From Phoronis australis (Eukaryota > Animalia > Phoronida), in contig NMRA01000095.1 in assembly GCA_002633005.1 (NCBI GenBank), positions 724,412 through 788,411 of the forward strand: DNA of 64,000 bases, written 5' to 3'. Under the pieces are notes generated by a model that was not told where the DNA came from, ran no database searches, and saw only the letters and a program-made list of their open reading frames with translations. Positions 1 through 14,000 of the stretch are shown piece after piece (the first letter of the stretch is position 1; each line of letters opens with the position of its first letter). A program made the translations under genes and the position numbers.

Positions 1-166
1 GATGTGTAGCACCACACAGATGTGTAGCACCACACAGATGTGTAGCACCACACTGATGTGTAGCACCACACAGATGTGTAGCACCACACAGATGTGTAGC
101 ACCACACTGATGTGTAGCACCACACAGATGTGTAGCACCACACAGATGTGTAACACCACACAGATG
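1..166. repeat. 18-bp minisatellite (gatgtgtagcaccacaca)
   Basis: About 9 copies visible, runs off the window edge. Confidence 0.95.
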
Positions 167-1313
167 CTTTTCCATCTTCAAGTTCTGCACCAAAGTTTCC
201 ATGAGACAATAGTCTCAAAAACTGTAGTTCTTCACAATTATAGAACCCCAAGAAAAAGCACAAAAATGTCAATTTTGACGATAATTTTTGTCTAAAATTA
301 GTGAGATTTTACGCAAGGTAAAAGGGTAGCACAGTAATTATAAGACACTGTTATCATTAGAGAAAAAATGAACAATACAAAACACTGTTGACCAGATATT
401 GGTGACTAGGCGATCTGGGGTTTAAGGCACTAAACACCAAATTTTGGCATCATCTTTCAAAAGCTTAGCATCGTATTCAGTAAGCCAATCCTAAAGGTGT
501 GCTAGAGTGTAATTTATTTATTTACCATTACAGCTACTTTGCTACATTTTTGTTTATGACAAGAACATTACATCATCCATATCCATGGTGACATTCAAGT
601 GATTATTCATGACTAGAATTTTTAATTTTCACTTCTTTGTATCAACAAATATTTGGATTATGGAGGAAGAATAGACAGATGATATTAAAAGTCTTAATTG
701 GTTCTTGGTAGGTACACACAAAGTGTTATAATTTCCGTTCATAGATGTCCCTGAGGTCAGCATTAGAACAACCCGAGTATTTAGGTAGTGATCTTGTAAA
801 CCGATGCTTAATCAGGCACAAAATCAACATTTTGAATACAGAAATATACAGCAGCAACTTGGTTACAGGCCAGTCGGGGGTGTTTGTTAGTGTATCACTT
901 CCCAATGGAGTTTTGACTCCACTTGAGGAAGGCTAAACACTATGTTAACAACTATCACATGCGAGATGGGTGCACTAAGTGATGTATATAATGCTGCCCT
1001 CGGTGCGTGCCATGAAGAACTAAGATGCACAAAAAGTATCACGGTGTGGGATAAACCCGAATGAGGTTCTTAAGACAAAAAGTAGAGTATCGGGTTGCGT
1101 TTTGTACAAGAAATTTGCAATTTGCAAAAAATCCAAGTTCAAGCGAGGCTTTGCACGATATCATTATGCATTATGCATGTGATCACACTAACGTTATTTG
1201 TGTCTTGCATCAGCCATATGCAGCCCTGAAACATGTTGTGAAGATCTTGGAACAAATTGAAGCGCCTAAATCAACTCCTACAGAATAACTGCCACAGTCC
1301 ATCTCTCAAAACA

Positions 1314-1504
1314 TTGACCCTTCCTGTAGTCTTGCTGACCCTTCATGTCGTCTTGATGACCCTTCTTGTAGTCTTGTTGACCCTTCGTGCAGTCTTTCTG
1401 ACCCTTCGTGTAGTCTTGCTGACCCTTCGTGTAGTCTTGCTGACCCTTCGTGTAGTCTTGCTGACCCTTCGTGTAGTCTTGCTGACCCTTCGTGTAGTCT
1501 TGCT
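1314..1504. repeat. 21-bp minisatellite (gacccttcgtgtagtcttgct)
   Basis: About 9 copies. Confidence 0.95.
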
Positions 1505-1829
1505 ACTTATCTGGGCTGTTTCGTAGACCTAAGACTTTCCCAAAAAACTAAGCGTGATCACTTGCTTCGCTTCTAATACATGGCGTTTTCGCGAGGTCGT
1601 TGCGTCTATGGACAGCAACCCTGGTGCATTAGAAATGTCTTTCAAGAATGATAAAAAACACAAAATATACACGCGGGAGGGTTCTCAAGAATTTCTATCG
1701 GGTGCAACATGCTAAAGACATTCCCTTGCGCCTGCACATATCTGATGTAGTTCAGGAATCAGACCCAACGCAACCCTTCTCATAGGAGAAACCCCGGAGA
1801 ATAAAACACAGGCGCTACAGTTTTCTCAC

Positions 1830-2017
1830 CTTGGTTCTAGCCACTCGACTGTAGCTCCTGAAGGTAGACTGGAGGCATGCTGCATGGAGGCAGTGTGCTG
1901 CTGTTGAAGCATGTTCAGACACTTTTCAATACAGACTAGTGTGGCTTGTGATGTTGCCTTCAGAAGGAGCATCTCCTTGTCCAAGCCATTGATGTAGTCA
2001 CCACTAGGGGGCAGCTC
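1830..2017 (-). CDS. OSBPL10/11-like exon 9 (ELPPSGDYINGLDKEMLLLKATSQATL...VEWLEP)
   Basis: Strong ORP10/11 signature; cctcag/GTGAGA. Confidence 0.92.
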
Positions 2018-5000
2018 CTGAGGAAAAAAATGAGAATACAGTGTCAAGTACTTTCACAGAGAATAATTGTATTCAGAACAGTTTGCAATCTCATGCTTTA
2101 AAGAAAACGATTGCTTACGAAACACTTTCTAGGTATTAGGTATTATGTAATATAAAAATGAAACCAATTTAAGAGAAGAGAGGGATTAACTTTCACAGTT
2201 AGAATTTGCATTTAAACACATTAATTTTGTAGATCAGTGTTTATACATTATACACATGGCTGAATCACGGAAACTATTGTGGTTACCAGATGTGACCCAT
2301 AGGTGGCGTGTTAATCATACTAATCAACAGTTATCAACAGTTTTAGAATTAAAAAAATAAAGTGTTTAAGAGGACTATAAAAATTCTGATGGAAGTCAAG
2401 ACTGCAACTCTATTACAGACTGTTATTGCAACAAAGGCAAAAATAGAGAGAGGGATAACACGGAAATATTCAAACCCTGAATGCATAGTGTGTACTTGAG
2501 TAGTGGAGCCATGGGATTGTGGTCATGTTATCTTATAACTCATTCAGCCCACATGCTGACCATAATGTTGACAGCTGGCATGGCAGTATAAAGTAAAAAT
2601 CCTTCTATTTGAGACATAAATAATTGCTAAAATTACCCGGTTTCCATTTTTCATAGTTTCACCTCCATGTCGCCAAAATTTTACCAAATGTTGTTTGACA
2701 ATAGCTACGCCATCCACGCGACGCTGGCTTTAGGAGACACACAACCCAACTATATATTTTTGGCTTAAACTTTTGAATGTTAGGATATCGCCAGTTCTCT
2801 ATCCAATAGAATTCAAGACATTTGAACCTGTCCATGTCACTGCTATCACTCCCTTGTACAATATGTATGATTTCGTTCCTGAAACTGTCCCTATATGAAT
2901 TCTAAACAAAAGCAACGCGGAGCGTCGAAATGCGCCCACGAATGCATCGCAAATGGTGTGCTTTAGGGTTGTTTATTTGTGTCATTAAAATGGCCACTAG
3001 ATCACGCAAAATACATCGAATCCGTCTGAAAACCAAAAAAATATCATTGTTTCTTTAAAAGAAAGGCATTTACCAACATTAATTAAAATTCGGCAAGGAA
3101 CTTCAGAGAAACAGAGGAAAACAAAAAAAACGAAATTGCCACTAGGGGGCACAGTGTTCACGGGATCAGTCTAAAAGTCGTCATCTTCTCTTGCTAACTT
3201 CATACAAATACACGTGCTAAATTTAATAAAGATCCTGCAGAAGATACAGGTAGAGGTGCAAAAAAAAACAAAACTGCCACAAGGAGGAGCCACAGTAGTC
3301 AAAATCGTCAGAAAATCATCTGCAACCATCCCCTTCAGAGAAAGTACATACATGCCAACTTTCACAATCATAATTAGAGTGGTTTGGTTGACAGAGGAAT
3401 GAATGCCACAAAACAGACTCAAAAACAACAAAAATGGCTATTAGGTGGCGCAAAATACCTTGAATCAATCCGAAGATGAATGGCTAGCGTCACCTCACTA
3501 ATGGATGTCTATGTGCCAAATTTTGTGGAAATCTGTGGAGAACCTTTGAAGATACAGCGATAAACGTGAGAAACTAAAATTGCCACTAGGGGGCACACCG
3601 GTAGACCGATCTGTCCGAAAGTCGTCGACGTTCGTTTTCAACTTTATATAAATACATTTGCTATATTTAATAAAGATCCTGTGGAGCGTTTAGGAGATAC
3701 TGCCATGGGCGCAAAACTGCCACTAGGAGGCGCTACAGTAGCCGAAGTCATCGGAAAATCATCGTCAACTGTATTCTTCATAGTAAGACCATACATGCCA
3801 ATTTTCACAATCATCCTTAGAGTGGTTTGGTTGTTAGAGGGGTGAAAAAAACGACTCGAAAATAGTAAAAATGGCCACTAGATGGCGCAAAATCCATCAA
3901 AGCAATCCGAAAATGGGAGGATAGCGTCAACTCATTAATAGATGCCTATGTACCAAATTTCATGAAAATCGATTGAAGACCTTTGAAGAAACAGAGGCAA
4001 ACGTAAAAAACTAAAATTGCCACTACGGGGCACAGCGGTATTCGAGTTGGTCCGAAACTCGTTGCCCTCTGTCGTTGACCCCCATAGGAACACACCTGCC
4101 AAATTTCAATACGATCCTGCAAGGGGTTTAGGAGATACATCCGCGGACGCCCAGACAAAGATGACGGCAATATGCGACCACATATAAATATGTGGGCGCA
4201 TAAAAATGTCTATTGGTAGGTAGGAAACCTGTCTCTGAGAGTGGATCTCTAAGCTGTTCTATTTTTAAGGTTAACTTAAGAAAAAAATCACTTAGACACT
4301 TTTCAATAAAATTAATATGAACATTTTTGAAAGAGAAATCAGGTTTTAGAAATTTAAAAAATTAATCTTTTTTTTCATAATCATAATTAAATTAACGTGA
4401 ATGACAACTACATCAGTGTCAAGTATTTTTATTCAAGATAAATTCTTGGTATCATTAATTACAATTTCGTAGTTATAAGGGTTTTTATAAGTCCAGAACG
4501 ACTGACCTACTATTGCGGGAATAGCTGTCCAAGATTTTAAGACCCTAAACATACACAATCAGTGAGATTAAGATATTTTTACCATATGGTGGTCAGGGAC
4601 GAATGATTTAGTCTCAACATATATCTTATATATGACGGCTAGATCAATACATGGAACTTTACACACACAGGCCATTTTCTCCTAAACTCTCTGATGCGAA
4701 AACAATGTTGAAAACCAACTCTGACATATCACCATAGTACAGGGGTGAGGTGTACCTCAATTTTGTCCACTAGATGGTGCTGATGGTCTTCGACTTCAGA
4801 AACGAACTCCTTGACTTCTCGCAACGGGTCTACTACTGTGTGGGCAATGGTCTTGTGTTGGGAGCTGTAATAAAAAGTGAATTATTACAGGTGAGATGTG
4901 TAACTCTAGAAAAATGTCCACATTTGGCCGACTGGAAATTCATATAACACTACTTATTTTCCTTGCAAAAACAGAATTTCATTTGTCCGCCATGCTGTGT

Positions 5001-8000
5001 CCTAAATCGTGAGATTTTACCTTCACATGTTGTTGAAGCATTGCTCGAAGCCATATAGTAAAGACTACTTGTCCAACAGACACAAGTACACTTGACTGAA
5101 CTGTAAAATACACGTAAGTTGGTAATCCCGTGGGTATAATGTGCTAATATTGAAAAATTGATGACATCAATAAAGTGACAGACACAATCAATCATTTAGG
5201 GGAAGTATTTGGCTTGATTGACGTGTTACAATAGCTGCGTGGGTGAATGACAAGAATCCTTCTTGAAGACATGACAGTGACAGACTTATGATGTCGACCC
5301 TTACTCATGGTTCATGGCCATTGAGTTGTCGGGGAGCACCGTCAGAGGGTGTGGGAATCGGTCATTTATCACTCCCCCCTAGGAGCCCCCTGTGGGAGTC
5401 AGGCGGCTCCACAATATCCAAACGTGTTTTGCTTTATAACTTAAAGGTTCGAGATGCAAGAAATGCAAAAATGCAATTTCTCATTATAATTTATCACACT
5501 TAAAGAAGTTGACAGAAAGTGTAAAAATATAACCCACAGCACAGGCAGCTAGGAGGATGCACGGAATTACATGCAAAAAATGCCTTTGCTAATGGAAATC
5601 ACAACTTGCTATTGGTGTACACTTTTGCAAAATACCCACGTGGCTATCATGTTGGGCTTACAAGTTAACTCTGGGTTTTCACTACTCTTTTTAACACGGA
5701 AATCATACTAGTAATGCTGAGAGGCACGATAAATCATACTAGTAATGATGAGAGGCATAATAAATCATACTAGTAATGCTGAGAGGCATGATAAATCATA
5801 CTGGTGATGCTGAGATGTATGATAAATCATACTAGTAATGATGAGAGGCATGATAAATCATACTAGTAATGCTGAGAGGCATGATAAATCATAATGGTAA
5901 TGCTGAGAGGCATGATAAATCCCACTAGTAATGCTGAGAGGCATGATAAATCATACTGGTAATGCCGAGAGGCACAATAAATCATACTAGTAATGATGAG
6001 AGGCACGATAAATCATACTAGTAATGATGAGAGGCATGATAAATCATACTAGTAATGCTGAGAGGAATGATAAATCATACTGTTAATGCTGAGAGGCATG
6101 ATAAATCATACTGGTAATGCTGAGAGACATGATAAATCATTCTTCAAATGTCCCCAGTGTGGTGACAATCCCACCACTTGAAAACTACATCAATTGTATA
6201 ATCTGTTTTTCTACCTCACAAAAGAGGAGAATTGAATCTGGGATGAGGGAATCAGCACCGCAAGGATCTTCAAGGCACTAGTGTGATCATACAAGGAAAC
6301 GTTGCTCAAAATGAAAGAAATCACAAAAATTGTCATATCACAACTTTAAGCTTCGCAAGCTAGGCAAAATTACAAAAATAATATCAGGATATTTATCAAA
6401 TGAAATTGCCAGAGTTAAGCACATGGGGCTTACCGTGTTCGGACGGTAGTTGTGCCGGGGTCATCGGTCCCCTCGATGGTGTACCACTGTGAATTGGACG
6501 TCCCCGAGGGTTGCTCGGGTACAAGGTTGGGCTTGGATGGACCAAGATTGGGATGAGATGTAGAACGCTGACGCAGCTCGGAGCGGAATACTTGAGGAAC
6601 CTTCTGAAACAAGATACACATCAAATTAACAAGACTCCAGGACAAATACACATTTTGTAGATTTTATTCAGCCAAAACCAGCAAATGGCCACAAAGCTAG
6701 CACCAGGTGGCGACAGGCTAGAAGGAAAAGGATGCCAACTCATTTTAGCCGTCATCAGGCAAACATGGGAAACTAAAAAACAACGCATCAATTTTCAAAA
6801 AACACAGGCCCATATTAATTATACTATTTTTGCGTTACCAGTTCTTCATTAGATTTTGGCATTACAAATGGACAAAAAATTAAGAGAAAAAATTACTGCT
6901 AAAATTAACATAATTTTGGTATCTGCCAGAGGCTATCCTAAAACCTTTAACATCAATTCCAATGTCACAAGTTTTATCAAATAGACTGGATCCTGTTTGA
7001 GATAAACAAATCAATACCAAGACAACTAAACAACAGATGAAAAGAGACTCCCCATAAGTCACTCAGTAGTTGTGGTTAGCGGCAAAGATCTATGAATTAT
7101 TAATTGATTGGTTTTAAGAGAAAACATATTTTTGCTAGAAACATTTTTACACAGAAATCATCAGAAACATAGCTGCATGTCGCATGTGAGCTGTCTAAAA
7201 CGAATAAGGCTGTATACTCTCACAAAATAGGTCTCATAATATTTCCTACTCATAATATTTCCAACTATGAGAGGATTTTTTTCAATTACAATTACCAACA
7301 AGAAAATGCTTCAGAGTTTGCTGTGTTTGGACAACGATAAAATTCTGGAGTCGAATATGGTGGATGTTTACATTGCCAGTGGATTAAGCTTATGGTCAAC
7401 TTATGTACACTTGGAAGCCTCACGTCTCAGAAATGGCCGACCATATTCATATGAAACTTTCAAACAGACAGCATACTTCGTGTACTGTTCTCTGAAGTGG
7501 TGTGAGGGTTTGGAATTAAATTTCTCAATTTTTGAATGATGGGCTATTAAATACAAGACTTTTGCGATTTTTATGAAAAATAGCAAAATTTTTATGTAAT
7601 GAAAACGAAAGAATAATTTAGAAAACTTTAACAGAGTTTTTGAGATTTCATCTTGAAAATCAATATCAAGCAAAATTAGGTTATGCTTTTGATACTGTTA
7701 TTATGCAATTGATAAATCTTCCTTTATGCTACATTTTACAAAAAAGGCACTGTCAGGTCACTGTTAATGTCAGATTGGTAAAAAATCAAAAATTAAATTC
7801 TAGTAAAGTTATATACATCTACTGGTCAGGGTTCAACTCTAGTTTAGCAGTGATATAGCTTACCGGTAATACACAGACTAACCTTAATCAGTTGATAATA
7901 GAAATAGAATCCTGTCAAGCTATGAACTACTATCACCAGACAGATTTTGTGAGAGTAAAAAGTCAATTCAATTTTTTGCTTTAATGGCCAGCTAAACAGG

Positions 8001-11000
8001 ACGAAATGTAGCTTTAAGATATCCACACATTTTCATAAACTAATGTCATCAATATTTGTTTATCATGCACAAAAATGATCATAAATATCTCTATCTCCAA
8101 AATATACAAAACAAACAATACCGAACACATACGCTAATTACAAGGCATTCATGAACAGTGATGGTCTCAGAACTTTTGTCCAATTAACAACCGTGGGTAT
8201 CCCAGCACGTCTGCTATCAAGTTGCTATCATGCGAGGCAGAATGGATATCTTTGCAAAAGCAAGCCATATATGCAAATATGAAGTCTGCTTATAAACAAG
8301 TATGCATGATAGTTAAATGTCAACACAGAACTCTTCCAAACAGATTAATGAATGCCTTTCATTTTGGTGATTTCACCCACAAGTAATTTTGTTGCCACCC
8401 GGAGACATGAACAGTTTCATTCCTCAATATGCCACAAACCATGTGTCTGTTGCTTCAATGCCAAGTTTTTTCCCAGCAGTCACTGGATTCCCTTTCCAAA
8501 AGCATTAGTAATGCTTGCCGATTTAGCAAACTTTGAAAAAAAAATTTCAAACTTGCTGAAAGCTTTTGAGGGTTAACAAAGGTTACTAACCATTACACTT
8601 TGCTTAGAGACTTTTTAATTAACAAAAGCTGCTTTTAAGTTAAATACCTGTGCAAATGTACGAGATATTCCATATAAAAGTTCACTTACTGATATGAAAC
8701 AGGACTATTTACATAAAATTACCATTTTTACAATAAAGGTATTTTTCTGTTTCATAGTAATTTTTTAAGTTTGAATTGAATAAATTGATAGACTGCCTGT
8801 TGTGAAGAGATGCTGTTGACATCTATAAAACTATAACTTTAAAATTACTAAAGAAATGATGTATAAAAATCTCTTACTGGTGCTAAAAGGCTTGTTTGTT
8901 CCTGAGCAATGGTTCTCAGACGATCGACCCAGTACTGGCGTTCTTTAGCATCGGCAGCTGAAAGGGATCAATGACCACCATGATAAATCAGAGCAGACAA
9001 CCAGCAACAATGGATAAAGGAAATAAGCAAACATCCAATACCAAACATTGCAGCTAACCCTGTTTTCACTTTTCAGGAAGACAAAAAAAAGTTCCGGTAC
9101 CTGGCATGCATTGTAGCAGCAACTCTTTGGAAAGACTAACGACTGTCACAGGTTTATAATCCTTGGGTCAATAAATCCAGATACCACAGGGTTTATAAAT
9201 AAATTGATAGACTAATAAGATCAATGCGGAGCTGATCTATGGACACCGGTGACTTCATGAAAAATACAAGAATATCTGGCAACTCATGTGTAAGTATTCA
9301 TGAGAAGAAATTAAATCAGATCTGATGTTGAACTCCTGTATAATAACCAGTGGGCTTTAATCCAATAAACTTCATTAAAACTATTGCAAACTATAAGTTC
9401 AAATTCTAGATAAGCTATTGATTATGAGAGCAAAATCAATTCAGCATTGATGTAACATTCTAGACACAAGCTTACACTCATACACCTGTTCACAGCCACA
9501 AAACTAAACAAAGAAGAAAGTACGAGAGAGTTCAGTTTCCACACGGCACTTCCAACCTTGGTGCAAACGATCTTTCACTTTATTTAACAACTGAAACTTT
9601 GTTTTGTCAATTTTCTCAAAAAAAAAACAAAGATCAAGAGAATGTTAATCCATATCAAGCTTTGTTAGTTGTACTTGACTATGTTATTGAACTAATCTGG
9701 CTAAATAACCGTTATTTGCAGCAAGGCCTTTGAAAAATGACAATTTTCAGGAAAAATGTGAGAAATATCTGAAGAATTAGCACACAGCATGGATTGAACT
9801 CTCGTCCTTTCATTGAAAAACCAACTATGCATGCCAAATGTGCACGTTTTTACGCCCATGCGCCAAAATGTGAAGATGTGCCTATATCTGTAATTAGCGC
9901 CAGTATGGGAAACATTACGGCAATTAGCAAGCAAGAAACAGAATTTACACACCATGTGAGAAAAGCAGGACTTATTTCTTACAAAAGTTAAAAGCTTTTC
10001 AATTGAACATGGACTATTTAAACAAAAAGTTAATAAAAGGCGATATAAGGTACGACTTGCCAACGCACACTTGTCAAATTTTGACTGAAGCTGAGATGTC
10101 AGTGCCAGTATACAAAACTTGAATAAAATTATTTCAGGAAAAAACCCATTACTTAGGACGACGCCGCATGGGTCTGAATAGGCTATATGTATGGTACCAC
10201 TGAACAACAGACAGCTCAAACTTGAAGCAGACGACAACATACGTAGAGCTATCTTATGCGGTCAATACTTAGGAATCACGTTTACATTTTTTTTGGTGGC
10301 TTGCCATTGTCACCATAACATACCGATAGCTTTCAAGATCACATGACATATTTCCTACACTCAAATTACACTCTGTCTGAACTAACGTAACTAATTGTTC
10401 CTACATCCGATTTGCTGATCTTCCGAACAAAAGTTAACAAAATCACAAAGCAGTTATTCACCACCCTATTTTCTAGTTTTCATTCTCTGAGAGAATTTTC
10501 TCTGAGAGAATTTCAAAGATAACCCTGTGAACGTCAACAACCACCATGGCAATTTTTAACCCTACTTTCACTGCTCATGTTATAGTGGTTATGGGCTGCC
10601 TAGAGGGAACTCCAACTATGTATACAAGACCTCAAGGGTAGAGGTTGGTTATCATAAATCATAGACCTCATGAACTTACTGCAGGGCAACAAGACGGCGA
10701 TTGGGTCGCATTTTCTGCTACACGGTGAGAAAAACCTGTGTGGCACACCCACGTACACGGAATGCACCACTCAGGTGGGTGACGTCTCTAATACATTGAA
10801 CAGCCAAAGGGTACCTATTTTGGTTTAACTCCCTACAAAAAGGGTTCACTTTGGGCGTTCGAAACACTGTAGACACAAGTCTAACGGTTTTTTGCATTAC
10901 GTATTTGTTGACATTTCTAATACAAAAGAATTCCTAGTTTGACAACACCACATCTCTTCATGTATTGTTTCAGACTAAACTGTTTAAAAAGTAACAACTT

Positions 11001-14000
11001 TGACCAAAAATCCCAACGAAAAAGTTAGATTTGTGTTCTTAAACCCTACAAAAGGATGGTGTTCATCAAGTCATACTCTACAACAGGCGAATTTTCCACA
11101 GAATCTCCCTACAAATGGGTCCCTTTTTTCGAGTCCATTCCTTAAATGAGTGACCACCCTAATCTTTCACCTGTACCCCACTCAGCAATGCATTCCAGTA
11201 CCCACCTGGGAAAAACAAGTCGCATATTTGATTTGAGTGAAAGCACACACCTAACCAGCAGATGAAAACAATCCTAACAGCACAAAGCCTACTATCTGGA
11301 AGTTTCATATTAATCGGATCAGCCATTTCAGAGATATCATGTCCCCATGTTAGGCAAATTTGGACATTTTTCTAAAGTCCTACATAACCTTGCTGAGTAC
11401 GGAGGCATAAGACTAGTGGTCAGCTCAGGAATTTCGACTACAACCATGTATCACAACAGAATTGCGTTATATCAGCATGGGAGTTCGCCATGGTTAACGT
11501 CTTTCAGTTTCTCATGAGGTTGAAGGACCAGCTGACAATACAAACCGTAGTATCAAATGGAAAGTAAAAGAACAAAGTTTACACTCGCAAATGTGGCGAA
11601 ACGACTTGTTCGCTTCTACTACGGATTATTTGAAATCTCTATGAACAGTATGACTCACTACCTGACGTCTTTGACAAATCACCTGCCTCACAGTTCAATA
11701 ACCGATAACGCCAGTCTACATTACAAGTGGACAGTCTATGCAATAAAAATCTGACACTCCAGCTACAATGTGGACTTGTGAAACACATGCAAATTAGTTT
11801 TATGGGGCATTAACCAATGAAAATGAAGAGAATTAACCTTCTGACCCTGAGCCAATGTGTCAATGTAATCAGGCCATAACATGGATGACACCAGAGATTA
11901 ATCTCCATTGCTGACTTGTGCTCATTCTCATGCTAACAATAATTGATACCAGTTCCATTAGACCGACAGGGCCAGATGCACAAATTGTACGAGGTAAACA
12001 AGTATCGCGTTGATGAAACAAGGAAATAGATCAGACACATGGACCTAAATAGGCACAGGAAACAACACTTGATACACAGCTGTTTGCTTTGCTTAATACG
12101 TGTTGAACTCATCTCTTCAGAATGAAATCGCACATTTTTCTCATTCATCGTTTGATGTCGTCTGTCGTAAAATTAAAGGGATCGTCTATTTTTGCCAATA
12201 ACATATATTAAGATGTCACAAGACCTATCAATCAAACCATTTCACAACAAGCTACAGTGGTAATGTCCAAGTAATATCAAATACTTTCACAAAGACAATA
12301 TCAAAGTTTTACGGTGAAATTTGTTCTACGCCAGGATCAATTTGAAAGCTGCAGAACTTGATAGCGTAAACCAAGCATTTGATGGTAGACTTTCACAACA
12401 AAGCCTGCGTCCAAATAATGCACTAGGTAATCTTCGATTAAAAACATACCTCTTAATCTGTAGATTTCACCGTTAGCAGCGTTGATATTAAATGTCATCG
12501 AATCCTCGTCAGACGGACAAATGACTGAACCCTATAATGAATGGATCACGTAACGTAACACTGTACTCAGGAGACAATATCGCTTACAACTGCAAAGAAA
12601 AGATGCACCTGTGCGATAGCAAAGTGACGACACTCGCAAATCAATACAAAGAATGAAGCCAAGACGATAGTAAACACTCATCCTAAACTCTATTTTTTCT
12701 AAAATGTCAGCAAACACAGCTTTTGTTGCGGTGTGTTTTCCAAGCAATACGCGAACAAATACAGCGTAGTAAACTCATCATTCGCTTGACTGGCATTTGT
12801 TTTGTTGAGAATAACTATGTAAAGTAAACTGGGGTTGTAATCAAAGAAACAATAAGCAAGTTTTCACTACAATTACAAGCAAGAGATTGCAACAGTTGCA
12901 CAAACAGAAAACTGTAATATGGAAATCTGGTAATGTCTGCTCAACTTTGTGGAAAACAAATGTCAAAATTGCTATTTTCTACTTATTAAGAACACACGTC
13001 AAAATGTTCAAAATTTACTCGAGTTTTGTTTTGTTAATTGTACAGTACCAACCATACTAAAACCAACAAAGAATTCCCGGATTTTTATTTTGTTAACACA
13101 ACCAATTTTATAAAATATTTGTCAGTCATATTGTGTGCTAAATTGAAAAACGCTTACGACACACAAAACTGGCAGATTCACACGAAGCTTTCAGATACTT
13201 TGCTTTGTGCACAGTTCTACAAAATGCTTCTAAGAATGTTTTTAAAATGTTCCACTTTTGCATGAGCTCTAAAAAATTGTTACATTTAGTATTTTAGTGA
13301 AAAAATTAAAAGTTGTATAAAACAAAAGCAAAATGAAAATTTAGAAAACTGTGACAGCATTTTTGAGATTTCATGTAAAACTTTTATATCTAACAAAATT
13401 TGGTCACGTTGTTGATATCATTATTTTTTCTATGAATTTTCTTGTCTTTTTTTGGTAAATGTTACTAAAACACATGGTCACATGACCCACTTAATGACAG
13501 TTCGACAAAAAGTCAAAAAAAATCTACAGGGTTTTTGCACTTTGAAAATATAAAACTAAGTTAAAATCCAAAGTTTACTAGAAATTTGGCTAAATATAGT
13601 TCAGCTTGCTGATAAGGTCCAATACAACCATAACCAAAGTTCTTGAAGTTCTTAAAAGATGAGCTGCAACCTTTAACAAGGAAATGAGTCAAAGTAAAAA
13701 GGTACATTCTGAACGACTACGAATCTATTTTTCAATTTCACAAAATTCAATATTTGAACAATACGTTCGAGGCGATCTACTCTTCGATAACCAAACACGA
13801 CCTGAAATCCTGAAAACGAAACATTCACTAAGTGATTCAAAACATTATTGACAAAACATCAGGAAATAAACCAAAAAGTCAATAAATTTCTAAATTGAGA
13901 TAAATTGATTTTTACGCCTGAGTGTACATATAATTTTAGTTATTTTTAAACACAGCATCCACTGATAGTCCAACCTGTTCCTAAGAAAAGTAGTCGTAAG

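Noticed and set aside
700-935. Possible further OSBPL exon (acceptor near 933, PSSSGVKTPLGSDT...)
   Set aside because: The phase required after exon 9 hits a stop and no convincing donor or homology was seen.
1-6139. Short tandem arrays as CRISPR or as repeat-protein ORFs (2..295, 1257..1526)
   Set aside because: Units are contiguous with no unique spacers, the context is eukaryotic intron and there are no cas genes; the ORFs stay open only because unit length is a multiple of 3.
9701-10240. 179-aa minus-strand ORF
   Set aside because: No recognisable domain or splice-phase fit; OSBPL exons 5 and 6 join without it; probably repeat-derived.
10760-11212. Possible CACTA-like non-autonomous element with repeated ccctacaaa motifs
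   Set aside because: Termini and TSD too degenerate to define.
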